Below, piece by piece: positions 13,601 to 26,718 of a DNA stretch of 64,000 nt. The stretch's first letter is position 1, and each line of letters starts with the position of its first letter. The stretch spans positions 194,804 through 258,803 of the forward strand of contig NMRA01000002.1 of the NCBI GenBank assembly GCA_002633005.1, written 5' to 3'. The DNA is from Phoronis australis (taxonomy: Eukaryota; Animalia; Phoronida). The notes under the pieces are model-generated. The model searched no databases, was not told the DNA's origin, and saw nothing but the letters and a program-made list of their open reading frames with translations. The position numbers and the translations under genes were made by a program.

Positions 13601-14508
13601 GTGCAGTATAGGACCTGAAGGTCTAACCATGAAGTGGCTGATCTAGGATATCACAAGGGGGGCCCACCATTTTGTCAATAAACATTTGCGCAAAGCACGA
13701 TTTTAGATGTGCATAGCATTTTCCTTGATTCCTGAAGTATTATCCAAGAAAAAAGAGGCAAAGGAAAAAAATATGGAGAACACGTCTAACTTGAAAAACT
13801 GCAATTACCACAGACTCTAACTCATGCCCTGACGGATAGAGCACGCATGCTTTACCACTGCACCACGATTTCACTCGTACATCGATTGACATTCTAAGAG
13901 ACCTACTTGTTTATGGTCCACAGCGTTTGCGCACGAAACCTACTTCTTTTTGTAAAATTTTTACACTTTTCATATTTTGTGCAATCAGTTCATAACAAAT
14001 TCGTTGTATTTAAAATAGTCTTCAATTGCCCAAAAGACCAAATCCGTTTTTTTTGTGTTGGCATTAATGACGCGATTGCTTTGGAAATCGTCTTAAGTTA
14101 AGGTTGACAAAGAGAGTATTATGAGTTTCTGAGTGATTCACTAAGGCTTCGATTAAAATTCACATCTTACCAGCAGCTTGTTTTTTCATCGTCAATCAGA
14201 TTCCATTTTCTTTAAAAAATGAATTTTCTTCATTGCACAGTGAAGCAGACAATGGAAACGGAGTCGTAGTGTGCAGCGCCACTGCCGGTCGTCTGGGATA
14301 TTGCGGGAGAGCCTATACTAAGCCATAGTTCCATTACGATTGCGCTGCGTTCCGAATTTGACACTTGAAATTGGATCTGAGCCCCCAACACACTAAAACT
14401 GCACATATTTAAATCTTGTTTCAGCCGTAAAATGTAACCAGGGTTAATTAATAAACTCAACATTTCTCTACGCTCTTCCTGTTTTATTTTTTGTGCCCCC
14501 CCCCCCCA
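10657..14508 (+). repeat. Tandem near-duplicate (~10657-12628 vs ~12719-14508) with N at 12629; probably uncollapsed haplotypes
   Basis: Colinear near-identical blocks, both ending in poly-C, with duplicated spurious ORFs. Confidence 0.85.
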
Positions 14509-17500
14509 CAGCAATCACATCCTTTTAAAACAATGCAAGTGCTGCCATCTCCTTGATAAGAACTAATCAACCGAATTTTGTGAACATCCATCATGCAGAT
14601 ATAAAAGCAAATGATCAGAAAATCTCAATTGCCACTAGAGGACACCACAGTACCTCCATCTCTACAAAGATCAATGCCAGGCATGCTCATCTCAATAGGA
14701 ACACATCTGAGAAATTTCATAATGATCGTTTAAGTCGATTTCCTGGATAGATGGGTGGACATCAAAAACAGTTGCAAAAATAATAAAAATGGTCATTGGG
14801 AAGTGTGCAGATTAAATAGATCTTTACACGATCAAATTAAATAGTTCTACTTTCTGAAGAAACAACACAAATAGCACTATGCAAGTGCTTCCACTGTAAC
14901 ACAACACAAAGTTTACTTCTGACTGGTCATGTTTGTAAACTTTCCAGAAAAATAGCGACATGAAACTTAAAATTGCCGAGTTTGGTAGCTTGACTAGAGA
15001 ACACTGGCACAGTACTGACACTGACACCTTTTGGCTGTTTACAGAACTAACCAAAATCAATTCTTACGAATTTCTCTATCACATGCAGAAAGTTACATTA
15101 ACTCACAGAAAATTAATAATTGGTGGCGAAATTTACACAAAATCCAAGAAAATAGTTATTTTTGCAGTGATTCATTGAATCTGGCTAAATTCTAATTTGC
15201 ACAATCTAAGATACATGTTGTCCAGTTTGAGTGATTGAACATTTTAATAACAAGTATTTACTCACCATTGGACCTTGTGCCTCATTTTAGAAGTGTAGGC
15301 AATATTGGTCGTCCTAAATTCAAGAATTATCATCAACTACAAACGATCATTCATCTCCATATTACACATTTAGAGACACATGAATATAACGTTTCAGTGA
15401 ATATTTTATACCATTTTCAAATTCTGTTGATACAAAACTCAACTCTGTACCAAATATTTGAAAAATATAATGAATGCCACAATCACCCATGTCCCAATTT
15501 TTAGACTCGAAGAAAATTCAGTTTTGGTCTGTCAAACTTTAGGAACTTTCCCAAACTGGAGAATGCATATATACCGTATATTTAGTATTATGATGACGAT
15601 GATCATCATCGTCATCATAACGCAATTTCATCATGATAGATTGCCCCGAGTCTTTGTTCCATGGATGATGTGATTTCACACCCACCCACACAAAGTTCAG
15701 TGGCATTACCATATTGCCGCGCCATTAGGCCCATGGATGTCAATGCAGAATTTCCATATAAGCCACGAACCTCAAGTCTAGGCAGTATGGTAATACTAGA
15801 AAACTATTTACCAAATTTCTTGAAAATATGCCAAGGAAATCCAAAGATACAGAGGCAAATGTAAAAAAATTGCCATTAGATTAAGCACAGCGGTAGTCAG
15901 AATGAGTGCGGCTATTTGCGAAGATATGTATGAGCCTATGCAAGAGACATTACCTTATGGCTTGAATGCAAAACTCAGGCGCATGTGCCAAAATGCTAAG
16001 CCCTAGGCTAAAAAATGCCAGGGAAAACTCATTATTTTAGACATAGGCCTATGTGCCTAAAGGTGCAGTAATATGGTAAGAAAATGAAAGTCGCTTAATG
16101 ACTCAAGATGTTCATTTTCACTTTTTTGCTCCTTTTAATTGGACTGAAAATGAACGGCCAGATTTGTTGCTCCTTGTCTTAACGCCATCAACTTAATGTG
16201 TTTGGGTGTGAAATTACGTCAACCACCAAACAATGACAATCAGCAGTGATAATGGATGAAAGAGTGTGCACCACAGTCCACTGGAAATGCTGTTTGTACG
16301 GATATTTTATACTCTTTTGAAATTTACCCATGTATTTTGAACAGCCATATCATAAATTGGCACTGTAAAGTCGGACGTTTTTACCTCACTAAAATCACAG
16401 TTTAAATTTAAGATCATAACATTTATGAAAATGCTGAACTGTTATGCATGTTGTCTGCCTACAGTACTTAAATTAGGAACTCAAAAATCAGAAGGTAAAG
16501 CCGAGGATGGTTGTTAAACAAAAAAATTTAAATTTAAAATGAGTGTTAATGCACACGAGCACTGTACTTTTTTCAGCAACTTTTTAAGTAAACCTAATTC
16601 AAAGAATATTTACTCACTCAAAAATGACGACTTTGCAAAAAATCTGATCCCGCATCCTCTTTATGGCGTGTTTCATTAATTGTTTATTTTTATTATCAGG
16701 ATGTGCGAAACTAATGACAACTACATTCAACATCAGCCCAAATGTTTGCCACCCACTATTTAGGCCTACAGTAAGTTTTACTGTAGCCACTGCAGAGCTG
16801 CAAGCTGAGAGATTAAGGAAAAACAGACAGACGAGCAGTTCTGAGGTGATCGCATTCTGTAAAACCTAAGCCACTGCAAGTGCTGATATTTTGGCAGCCC
16901 CAATTTTGGCACAGGCAAACTGTACCCTAGTAATCAACTAAGCTTACATATGGAGACTAATTCCATAATAGAATATGCACCATTAGGCTAACTGTCATGC
17001 AGGCTTTTACAACCATGATGTCACAACATGAATAGGCCTACTCACTATTGTCGTCTATGGCCATAGCCACAAGCACTAACACAAATACTTAATTTAGGCC
17101 TCCTAGTCTATGCCCTCACACTACACTCCTGTACATGCACATCTCACCATTGCACTTTTAATTTCGTATAGTACAGATGTATGGTGAGGGTGCAGTGCAA
17201 TGTTCACAAAGTACACAATGACTAACACTAGACAGTGATCACCGTCTCCCCCCCCCCCCCCNTCCCCCCCCCCCCCCAGTAAAATTCTCCTAGATCCGGC
17301 AGTTCGGGGGCGCGAACATCTTACGAACGAAATCCTGGCTAATACTCTGACGTGGCTCCCCCTAACTCAAAATCCTGGATCCGCCCATGGGTAAGTTGTT
17401 CCAGGAGACTGTTAGGGGTAGGCCTACTAATGAGGGATACACAGCTACATGTGCCAGTGGCAATGCCGATGGACTGGTGGACAATTATAGAATTTGGAAA

Positions 17501-17512
17501 GTTCATAAGTAC

Positions 17513-17665
17513 CTGGTTCCACCAAGTTAGGAACTTCCACCTTCCCATAAATGTTGTAACATAATCTAACGACGGGTTCCCCTCCGCAACGAAAACTCTG
17601 TAGTAAACGCCGTAGAGATTCACGGATAAGAAAATAACGTAAATAATTTCTCCTGAGTTGACCAT
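17513..17665 (-). CDS. AIG1/ADTRP (FAR-17a) family protein, coding exon 1 variant A (51 aa)
   Basis: MVNSGEIIYVIFLSVNLYGVYYRVFVAEGNPSLDYVTTFMGRWKFLTWWNQ then CAG|GTACTT phase-0 donor. It has a TM helix plus GRWKFLT, matching AIG1 YGGSWKFLT (catalytic Thr43). ETS-like CCGGAAG lies just upstream. Confidence 0.88.
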
Positions 17666-18007
17666 TTTGTATATTATGCGCCACCTTCCGGTGTTTTATA
17701 AAGTTATATAGGACCTTGTCGCCAAGTATCTGTATTCATGCAGCTAATTACCTAAAAACTAAAGATTTTACCTCAGAAAAGTGTACCTTTTTGAGAAAGT
17801 CTTTGAAAATTAATTTTTTACTTTATTACAATATGACTTAAGTTGGGTCACGTGACCGTCACGTGCTTTAGTAAAACTAGTAGCAAAAAGAAAGGTACAT
17901 GGCGGCATAGCAAAACACTTAGTGAACGGGGTATTAGTAACGTGGCCAAATTTCGTTTGACAGAGATGTTCAAGATGAAATCCCGAAACGCTGTTACAGT
18001 TTGCTAG

Positions 18008-18500
18008 ATTGTACAAAGCCACACATAGAATCACAACTAATTACCTTACTACTAAATTCGAGACAGTCAGATTCTCACAATCACAGTACTAGCCAGCGAG
18101 TGTTTCTGGCTGCCTGATACCAGTTAAACCTGTGGCAAAAAGAACTTTTGCCTACAGAGGTGCTGTCGCTTACAACGGGCTGAGGATTGCCGTAGTGAAC
18201 ACGCCCATTGTCCACGCCTTCAAACAGAATTACTGGGACTTTGTGCGTTGTTCGTTACAGTAGGTCTCAGATCATCACTATTTTACTTCGCTATTTTATC
18301 TTATTTATTCATCAAATTGTACATATTAACTAATTTTATACTAATTTATTTTATTTATTATCTTTTCAATCTAATTGTACATAGCTGCCTGCCTGTATTT
18401 TACTTCATGTAATTATTTCAGACTGGGTTCACTTGAAAATCAGTGTATTCACTGAAGTGGTCACCCAGTCTTTTAAAGAAGTTTAAATAAATAAATAAAT
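18008..18500 (+). mobile_element. CR1/L2-type LINE 3-prime remnant
   Basis: Degenerate ORF2 end GKRTFAYRGAVAYNGL, a 3-prime stem-loop (gactgggt...acccagtc) and an (AAAT)n tail. Confidence 0.7.
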
Positions 18501-21500
18501 TGTCTTTTCCTTTCGTTTTCGTTTACGCAACTTTTTCCATTTTTATTTACAATCACAAAAGCTTTTTGATAGCCCCTCTGCGGTTTAAAAATGGCCACTG
18601 ACGGTGTTTTGAAGAACAGTATCAGAAACTTTCATATAAATCTGATCAGCTAGTTCTGAGATATGATGTTCCGCAGCTAGTCAGGTTTTGACATTTTTCA
18701 GTCTAAGCTTCTATATACTCTTTAAACAGCATCAACTAAATGGCGGGACCCTAGAAAAATGGTCATTGCGGATTTTCTATAGAGTAGGAATGTGCAGCCA
18801 ATTCGCGGCTTGGGCCGGCACTTTGGACCCCTCAGTATTATCTCGGGTGGGTACTTTTAGTCTTGGTCTAGATTTATACGTCTCCGCGGCACACGCCACT
18901 GATTTTTCGGTGAGAACCCCCCCCCCCCCCCCCACCGANATGATATCTCACTGCTTATCAAATACAAAATGAAACTTTCAGTTTCTTCTGTTGTACACTG
19001 TTCTCCAAAAATAAGACTCGTAATTGTTTTCAAAATGTTTCATGGCATAGTGGACTGTCGAAAATTGACATTTTAAGTTGATATAAAAACTTATATCGCC
19101 CCAGGAAATTTCTATGAAAGACATGGTTACGTAACCCCATTGTTTGCAGATCGTGATCTGAAGACAAAAATCAAATTCCTCGGTTTCCGACTTCCAAAGA
19201 CAGAGTCCGCTTTACGCATATTTTCACTGATTAAGTTTCAAACTATATATTTTTTTAGAAATTTGGCAAAATATAAAGATTAATTTATTTGTTGATAAGT
19301 CCCAACGCTCAGTAAAAGTTGTTTCTTTTCTGGACACCGCGGGGCGGGCAGTGGCGTAGCATGAAGTGGACCAAGTTAGCAGAGGGCCGGAGAACAGCTG
19401 CCCTCGGGCGCCAGGAAGACCGAAGGTTTTATTTAGTGTTGAGGACGAATAAAAATTCACAAGATGTGAGAGAACCCCACGACTCAGTGATATTAGTTTC
19501 GTCCCTTCCCTTCAGTTGTCATCGTCACCAGTCTTGCCTTCAGCACCCGGCTCTTGGTTTGATGTCCCAGTTTTACACCCACCCGACGCCACTTTAATTT
19601 CACTAAACTGAAATTTAGATCTACCACTTGACTGTCTGCAATCAGTAATAGCAAACATTCCCTTACAAAAACATTCCGTTTGGTTTTAAACTCCTCAACA
19701 GACCACAGCGGTTTCAATCGAGTCCAATCCACTGACAGCACTATGATCCAAAAACGTTGCCGAGCTTTTCAGTTGGTCGCAGGTGAATTATCTACCAGGG
19801 TTCAAACAGATACTAAAAACCATTCATCAATGAGAACCAGAAAACCGAAACATAACACCTATTTTCGATAATTTTCATCGTATTTGTTCGGGCAAAATGG
19901 TCCTATCTTAACTTTATATGAGTAATTCAATTGGACCTTAGATTATTAAATCCCTGACGATCGACGTGCTACTAGTGTGCTGGTTGTCTTTAGTGAGGAG
20001 GGCTTGCCTCCCAAGCTAATGTCTCGACAAAAGACAAACGAGTCAAGCTACTGGTCGTAAGGGGGTTCGACACAGTTTTAATTTATCGTTGAGTTTTTTA
20101 CTTGTCATATTTTGTAGTTTGGTCTTGGCCTCAGTACAACAACTTTGCAAAAAATGAGGGTCACGTAATTACTTTTCCTGTAGCCGCCCAAGCAGTCCTC
20201 TCTTAAGCTGCAAAAATGTGAAATTAACATGAGTTATTGAAAACCCACATGCAGTTAAACTAATCATTAAAATCGTTTTAAAAAATATTTTCGTTGCATT
20301 ATGTCAGTTTTATGCTAAACAGCTTTAACAATATTTACATGTTTACTGATGCTCAAGTAAATGTTGTATTTCAAGTATCTCAATTTTTCCGATTGGGCAT
20401 CTACACAAAAAGTTACATCGTCGCCTTCTTTCTTATAGGCTTCTTTTTGATGCTCAACGTATTTTCTATGAAATAAGGAAATTATGGGTCACTGTTATGG
20501 CTTTTTAGCTATCTTAGCTCAAACATCGTCTTACATGAATGCCCAATGCGACCTTCTCAACCTGAAGCGCCGACACCCATTGAATTTCAAGTTCATAATT
20601 ACTCGTTGCAGTTTTCTAGATGGCAATTAATGTTATTTTGTTGGGATTGCGAAATAAGCTTAGTTGATGTGAGTAATCTAGTACAAGAAGTTTCTTCTTT
20701 AATAAATTCAAAATTGCAGTTTGAATTACGACCTGCCTGAAGTATACATTTTGATTTTCCTATTTTTGTTTAATATGGCTTTATCGCGCTTTTATTCATC
20801 AAAATAACAATAAGTTAGCCCAAAATCAAATATAGTGCTTTTCAAATGCTTTATAAGTTATCAATATCGTAACGCATCTCAGTGCTGTCGCGTTTATGGC
20901 CTTTTGTGTCAAACCCGTTATCTTATTGAAAACATTCCAGTGCGAAAACCTATGAACCTATTCATCCAACTTTTGGTCTACTGTTTCACATTTGCTGTCG
21001 TAGTTGCCATAAAAATAACTTCTCCACCTCCCTTCGGCAAATTTTCGACTTGCAAGAAAATTTTCAACAGGATCATTTTGACCAATGGTCGGAAATTTCT
21101 ACACGTACCGTGAAAAGCGATCCGAGGTCATTTCAAACGTTGAAAAACGAACCTTGCAGTCATTTTTCTTTGGGGTGAAAACCCATTGCTACACTGACTG
21201 ATTTCAGTTAGTAGGCCAACGTTACGCCCCTCGCTCCACGTCCAGCCAGTACCTTGCCGCTTTATGCACGGGACCTATCATTCTTGTATTATCGAAGGAG
21301 TGTCGATTTCATGTTGCCCTAATCCGACAAAAGATTGTCCGACTTTAATCAGCGAGATCGGCATCCCTCGGTGGCCTTAGAATCGTTTTCACACTGTGAC
21401 TTGGCAAAAAATGGGTTACTTCGAATATCGGCGCATGGTCCTAGATGATTTTTGCAGATTTGAAATAACTCATTAAAGGAAGTATTAGTACGTCCGAAAA

Positions 21501-22084
21501 AACGCCTGTCACTTTGTTGTACGGGGTAGGCTTTTTGCATCGATTTTATTATAAATCGCCAATTTGCCGACCAGAGATCCTCTGAAATCCAGGCCGGTCA
21601 CTTTCAACCACTAAATTCGCTTACTTTGCCATTCATCGACCGGGATTTAGCTCAGCCAGCAGAACTTTTAATCGCCATCTTGAGGGCTCTACGTTACGTT
21701 GGCTCCCGAGACGATAATGTCACTCAAATTGTGGTGTTTCGGTGAATCTTTTGATTTGGATGAAGGAAAAGAGGAAAATTTATATCACCCCTCTGTTCAC
21801 AATAGATATATATCACTCCCTATAGCTACGGAGGAAATTTGGCAATTGTGGCTGCAGGGGTTATTTAGTTGACTGGGTAAATCGAACCCTTCCCCCTTCA
21901 CTAATTTTACTCGCCGGACTGTAAAAACACAATTTTCTAACTTACAAAAATGACCGAACAAACTCAACAATATTTTACGAACAATCTATTTGCCATCACC
22001 GACACCAATAAACGTGCACAACGCAAGCAGTCTCAAAATTGAGCGTGCGAAAATATCCGAGGTATTCCGGATGCCTCCGTGGCA

Positions 22085-22400
22085 CCACGCACGTGACGTC
22101 ACGCGACGCTCGAGAATTCACCTCAATGACTTTTTACAGGGAAATCCGTTAGTAAAACGTCGCAATGAATGTAGGTCTATATTTTATATCAGTTACTTGA
22201 ATTTTACTGTAAGTGTTTGGACTTATTTAGCAACTTAATAGTATTGTTTAGCTTGTATTACCATAACCAGTACCAACCTCAAATTGTTGCTCATGATTTT
22301 GTTTGAAAAAATATTGCGGTCGCCAAAGCTGCGCATGAATATTCAGCTGGGATATCCGCATACTGGGTATCGCGGGGCATCCATGACGTCATCAGGTTGG
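22085..22400 (+). promoter_or_regulatory. Putative schnurri promoter / 5-prime region
   Basis: CpG-rich; E-box CACGTG overlapping CRE TGACGTCA (22090-22101) and a second CRE at 22384-22391; 200-500 nt upstream of the ATG. Confidence 0.5.
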
Positions 22401-22600
22401 CTTGTTCTGGCGAAGAAATTCCCAAAGTTTGTTGAGAAAACCCCTCAATTTCTAGCGTAAATTCGGAGGAACAAGGATTGAATCCTGTACCAAGCTGCAG
22501 CATGATAAACGTAGCAAATGACAGCAACGTTCTAGTGTGTTAACTTGACAAGAAATTGCTACAATTGAGGAAAACGTAGACTGTCAGAAGTCAAGAAACG

Positions 22601-22637
22601 ATGCCACGTCGGAAAGCAAATCAACAAGAGTCGATAT
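22601..22637 (+). CDS. shn: schnurri/HIVEP coding exon 1 (MPRRKANQQESI)
   Basis: The MPRxK start resembles HIVEP1 MPRTKQ. The T|GTAAG phase-1 donor joins in frame to the acceptor at 26718. Confidence 0.8.
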
Positions 22638-24267
22638 GTAAGTTTTCAGGAAATAATTGGTTGATTTTTACTTCATAATGCGTGAAGTGTCGTTATGTTT
22701 GTCTACGTAACAACGTCCCTAAGATTTATACACTATTTTCATTCTTTCGTCTCTGCGTTTGATATTCATTCGTTCACCAATTGGGAAACACCTTCGTTCG
22801 GGTTACCCGATCTACTTTCTTACAATCTTGCATAAATTATTTGTTTTTGGTTGCACACCAAATTCTGTTGTGTCGGGAAGCCTGTGTTATTAGTAAAAGC
22901 ATATTCTGGTATAATTTAGTCTTCTGCTGGGCATGCCAGAGTTACTGTTGGGTACTAGAATCTTTTCATAAGAATTTTGTGGGTATTTCCCAACCGCGTT
23001 GAACATGAGGCGACGATCTACTTTCGAGGCCATCATGGCGAGACGACGGGAACGACCTACTTTCATTAAGGAGTTACTGGCGATATGCGAATCTAATAAA
23101 AACGAATTAATGTATGACACAGTCAATTACGATACCGATTTTGAACAAAACTTACTGAAGTGACTGATACGTTCACTTGTCGCCCGCTATTAAACCTTAT
23201 GCACTATGCCGGCTAACTGCCAATGCAGAGAAACAAACAAACGAAACGTTCCAGGAAACTACACGAGTTGATGAGTTAATAGCCAACAAGGCGTTCTGCT
23301 GGTTGGAACGAACAAGCAAATTTTGGAACTTATTGAATAATGCACCTTGTGTTAAATTTAAATAAAATATGAAAAATGGACATGCCTCAAGCAATTCTTG
23401 TGAATTCTTGGAAAACTCGTAAAGTGTTTGAAGGGATGGGCCGGGCTATCAAGAATCAAAACTGAAAATTGCAATTCACAAAAATTATTGTTGACAAAAT
23501 TTGCAGTTTTTGAGATATCATTTTCCAGTGCATGCAGCCCAGCACACAATTAATTAAAAACAGATTATTGAAAGACTTATACACCAACGTCTATTTCCAC
23601 TTCAATTGAGTGGACAACTGCTAATAATTTTTCGAAAATAGTTATCATCTTGTTATTGGCTAATATTTGTATGCTAATTGAAAAATTAATGGTGTTTTTT
23701 GTTTTGGTGTTTTTGCGTAAACAATTAAAATCATTGAGCTCTGCTTTTAAAATTATATTTTTGGCATGTACGAGCCTGAAAATTGCTTGCTGAATTGTAT
23801 AAATTATTTATAAGCCTAGGCCTCAAAGTGTATCATTGGCTTTTCCGACATTCATTATTCATTACTGATCCATTATTCGTGCAGCGTCTATATTGATTTT
23901 AGCTTGTTACATTGTGTACAAGTATTTGTATTGCGGTATTGCCATCCTACTTTTTTGAGGTTTTTCACCTTTATTTTGCCTTTTTTGGACAATGTTAGGG
24001 TTCTTGCATCAAATAAGCTGTTCAGTTTTATGGAAATAAAGTTTTGTTCTTGCGTTATACCGCATTGCAAGTATAGTGTTAGATCAATAGGGAACACTCT
24101 AAATACAACTCTTTATCATTCGTGAGAGCACATAAGGCCCTTTCATACCAACGTCAATGCACTGATGTTTTGGGGGATGGAGTTGCGATCAGTACGAACG
24201 GTTAACTTCAGTCCTCAATCGAAGTTAACAGCGTCAGTCAATTTCGAAGTAACTAGGTGCATGTAAC

Positions 24268-24672
24268 CATAGACTATAGTACATGGACTGCCAACTCTGT
24301 ATACTTTCAATGGACGAAATCTGTGCTCTTCCACACAACGTTACGTCATTATTCACTAGCCACACCTGGCCAAATTATCTGGTATTATTTCCGGTAAGCA
24401 CGTCGTCTGCTAATCTTGGTCGACTGTTGTGTGGTCAGGTGGTAGTAGCATTGCTAAATTTTCTCACTATACCAACAGTTCTACTATTTTAAGATTTCGA
24501 ACAGCGTTTCAATCCCGAAATTATTATATTCTTTTCGTTGTACTGGACAGTAAAATTCCCCGTAACAATATACTAACCGGAAATGAACCAGATAATTTTG
24601 GAGAGTGGCGCCGCCTCTAGGATAGTACGAAAGAAAATGTCCGAGTTGCGAATCTGTTGTCTATAATCTATG
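24268..24672. mobile_element. P-element-like MITE with 7-bp TSD (atgtaac)
   Basis: Termini CATAGACTATAG ... CTATAATCTATG; atgtaac directly repeated at 24261-24267 and 24673-24679. Confidence 0.75.
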
Positions 24673-26718
24673 ATGTAACAGTGGAGCGTCAACGCTGCGG
24701 TATCGTGTATGAACGGTTCTTTCGGTCTCTTCGAAGTTATCACCATGGGTCACTGCTGTTGCTAACAATTGAAGGGCAGTGTCGTCGCTAATAGGTCTCT
24801 TATATTGTGCTCGAATAATCTCCAATCAAATTAGAAGTAAATTTTATGTCAATTAGCACATGTAAATTGTCACATTAAAAAAATTTAGCAAGTGCGGGAT
24901 GCATCAGCGCTACCTTGCGATTACTTCGATGACGACAGCCTCATCTAACGTTTACTTTGATGCTGTTAACTACTGAAACTGGTATGAACGATTCAGTTAA
25001 CTTCAGTGTTTACATGGACTCCATTATTGGCTTGAATTATTTAAAGTTTGCTTTAGTTGTAGTCTTAGTACAATAAAGAAGTACCCCTGAAGCTTCCTCC
25101 AGCGTCATAAAGTATGTCAGTTGGAGCTCTCTTATACTGTTTGTAAATAAATCTAAAGCTCAAAACTTGAGGGGATTTGATTATTTGTGCTGATGCTATA
25201 AACACTGACAGATTTTAAGCCATTGAGGATGTTACAGCAATGGGGCCCAACCACTAGGTTTTAGGGAAAAATTTTGGTGCCACCCCTAAAAACAGCATGC
25301 TCACAAACATTTTTGGCTGTGTCCTGGTGGGAATCGGGCATCTTTGGCCCCCTAAATTGCCTTTTTAAAATTAAATTGGAAATTTTCTCAATATAACATT
25401 GGATGTTGATAATCTTTAAAATTAAAATAAAAATTTCATAGATGAGAACAGCTGATAAAAGTTTTCAATAATTGATATTTCATGATTTCACCAGTGTTGA
25501 TTTAGTAGTCAGTCCTATTCTGTCATGGTTGTTATCAGTTGTGCTGTAGCCATGGTATATCCTGGTTGTTCTTATATTGATGAAGTCATATCTATTTTTA
25601 GCACTTTATGTACACAGATGTGTTATCTACTTTGCTATATATGTGTTTTGCAGCTCCCTCTGGTGAGTGTGATGGTACTAGGGGAAAGTCTAAGAAAGCC
25701 AAAACAGGTAATGCCTAATATTCAGGAAACTGCTACTCGCTTAAGAACAGCTGCAGTTAGATTTCTGAGATAATGTTGTTGCCCATTTCTGCATTGCAAT
25801 CAATTGTCTACCCAGGGACTCTATAATAGGAGGGGTGGGTGAGGACATGCCGTTATGGACTGTAATTATTTTTACTGAAGTGCTGTTTTAGATTGATTAC
25901 TAAATCAATTTTTGGCTTTGATAAAAATTGAGAGTGAATTCTACTTTGGATTTTCAATGTTATTGAAAATAAGTAGGGATCTTTTCATGCAACGCCCCTC
26001 ATTTAGGGACTAAGTCCCTATTTATTTTCATTGAATAAATGCTCAATTTTCAGTTATACTATTAGAAAAATTTATCAAAGGGGAGCTAATAATAAAGATA
26101 GACTGATAGAAAAATATTACATCTGTGAGTAAAGGACAACAGAAATATGCAAAAGATTTAGGGATCTTAATTGAGTCCCTATTTGGGACTTTTTCGTGCA
26201 AACGGGCACAGTTTCCCTGCAGTCCTGGAAACAACAACAGTGATGCTTTTCAAAATATTATACTTTACACCATTCTCCTGATATTACTCATGTGATAGGA
26301 GGCTTTACTGTTAAGAATCGAGTTGCTTCCCAGTGTCTGACTCATGACAACCGTACTAGTAACTGGGTTGTTTATATTCTTCCCTGTATTAAAAGTGTTT
26401 CGGGTAAAATCTCGCCAGTTTTCGAACAAAATTATCGGCAAAATTTCATGTTTTTTGTTTTTCAAGGTCCTCTAACTTTGTTGTGAATGCTCACATTTTT
26501 TCAAAATGTTTTCTGATCGTAGCTATAGTTCAGAACCATGGTAAAACATTAATTAGATGCAACATGTCTTTAATGAAAAAGTGAAAAAAGGAAGTTTCAC
26601 TTGTCCACTATATTGTGTCTTGATTTGGTGAGAGTTTACTAAATGTTGCGTGCAAAATGTAACATTTTGTGTTCTTTTTGATGTCAAGATCTTCGAATTT
26701 GTACGTTTGCTTTTTCAG

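Noticed and set aside
14824-15060. Minus-strand FFWKVYKHDQSE as a possible AIG1 exon 3 (FWxxYxxDRE)
   Set aside because: Lacks the following YP and WxNH motifs and matching splice boundaries. It is probably chance, but worth rechecking because a real exon here would weaken the variable-exon model for cassette A.
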